From the NCBI GenBank assembly GCA_043228905.1, contig JBHGNT010000007.1:14012001-14076000 (forward strand): a DNA stretch of 64,000 nt. The letters are read 5' to 3'. Of this stretch, positions 63,576 to 64,000 are shown piece after piece. The notes below the pieces were generated by a model. It did not search any database, was not told the origin of the DNA, and worked only from the letters and a program-made list of their open reading frames with translations. This DNA comes from Azolla caroliniana. Taxonomy: Eukaryota; Plantae; Polypodiophyta. Numbering within the stretch: position 1 is the stretch's first letter; each line of letters begins with the position of its first letter. The position numbers and the translations under genes were made by a program.

Positions 63576-64000
63576 TGTTGTCCGCCGGAATAGTAACCGA
63601 CGGACAAGAGCGCAGTAATATAGAATAGAGTAATATTGTAACGCATGTAAACGGTTCACGCAGGAAGCGTGAACATCTAAAAGACCCTACGTATATAAAG
63701 GGTAGAAAAGCTCTAAGAGAGGTAGCGTGTAATTTTGAATGTAAAAGGTGTATTTCAATAGAGTTCTATCTTCTCTGATTCCTGTGCGTATCTGTGGTTA
63801 ATCTACTGTGGGTTTGTGATTCTTGGGTGGCGTAGTGTAGTCGTAAGAGTGTAGGCGTGAGTAACAGTGTGGTTGCTAGTCCATTGTCTAAGGAGTTTTG
63901 TTGTAGCCGTCTACCTATATGCTACTAGGATACAGGAGGTATCCCACTAAGTATTACGCTACGACGATACCATTCATTGCAACATAGTCACTTTGAGGTC
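63576..64000 (+). repeat. 3' LTR, gypsy family A (runs off the window end)
   Basis: Reverse complement of 7647-8116; TATA cgtatataaag on the + strand. Confidence 0.92.

Larger units (their letters stand above)
55816..64000 (+). mobile_element. 3' part of a gypsy A-family element: extra ORF remnant (55816-57032, 62771-63528) and 3' LTR from 63576
   Basis: Coiled-coil ORF pieces resemble the gypsy B extra ORF in layout (LTILFPP vs LTLLVPP; C-terminal AAVREDLAQDYRTLAD vs TAIRDELADDFQVLAD). The LTR matches 7647-8116. Confidence 0.82.

Overview
Repeat-dense eukaryotic nuclear DNA from a land plant. The retroelement types suggest a bryophyte or other seedless plant, but this is inference. One host gene, an 8-exon STK19 homologue (minus strand, 24595-30779), sits between two stacks of nested transposons. 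Left stack: an L1 LINE interrupted by two non-chromovirus Ty3/gypsy elements, each hit by an LTR of one copia family. Right stack: a gypsy remnant, interrupted by a copia element whose RT is split by an 11.5-kb Sola2-like DNA transposon and then by a chimeric gypsy carrying two full-length copia elements. Two observations stand out. (1) In two different gypsy families the polypurine tract before the 3' LTR is replaced by a sense copy of a tRNA-Arg 3' end ending in CCA, i.e. an inverted second primer-binding site. (2) The Sola2-like element carries an intact spliced cargo gene (coiled coil + RING-H2, with a possible alternative FCP1/NIF-like pseudophosphatase exon). One cargo intron and the transposase intron are filled with a palindromic TAGCTAATTAGCTA satellite. 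All exon, TSD and TIR coordinates were read by hand; family names come from remembered motifs, not database searches.
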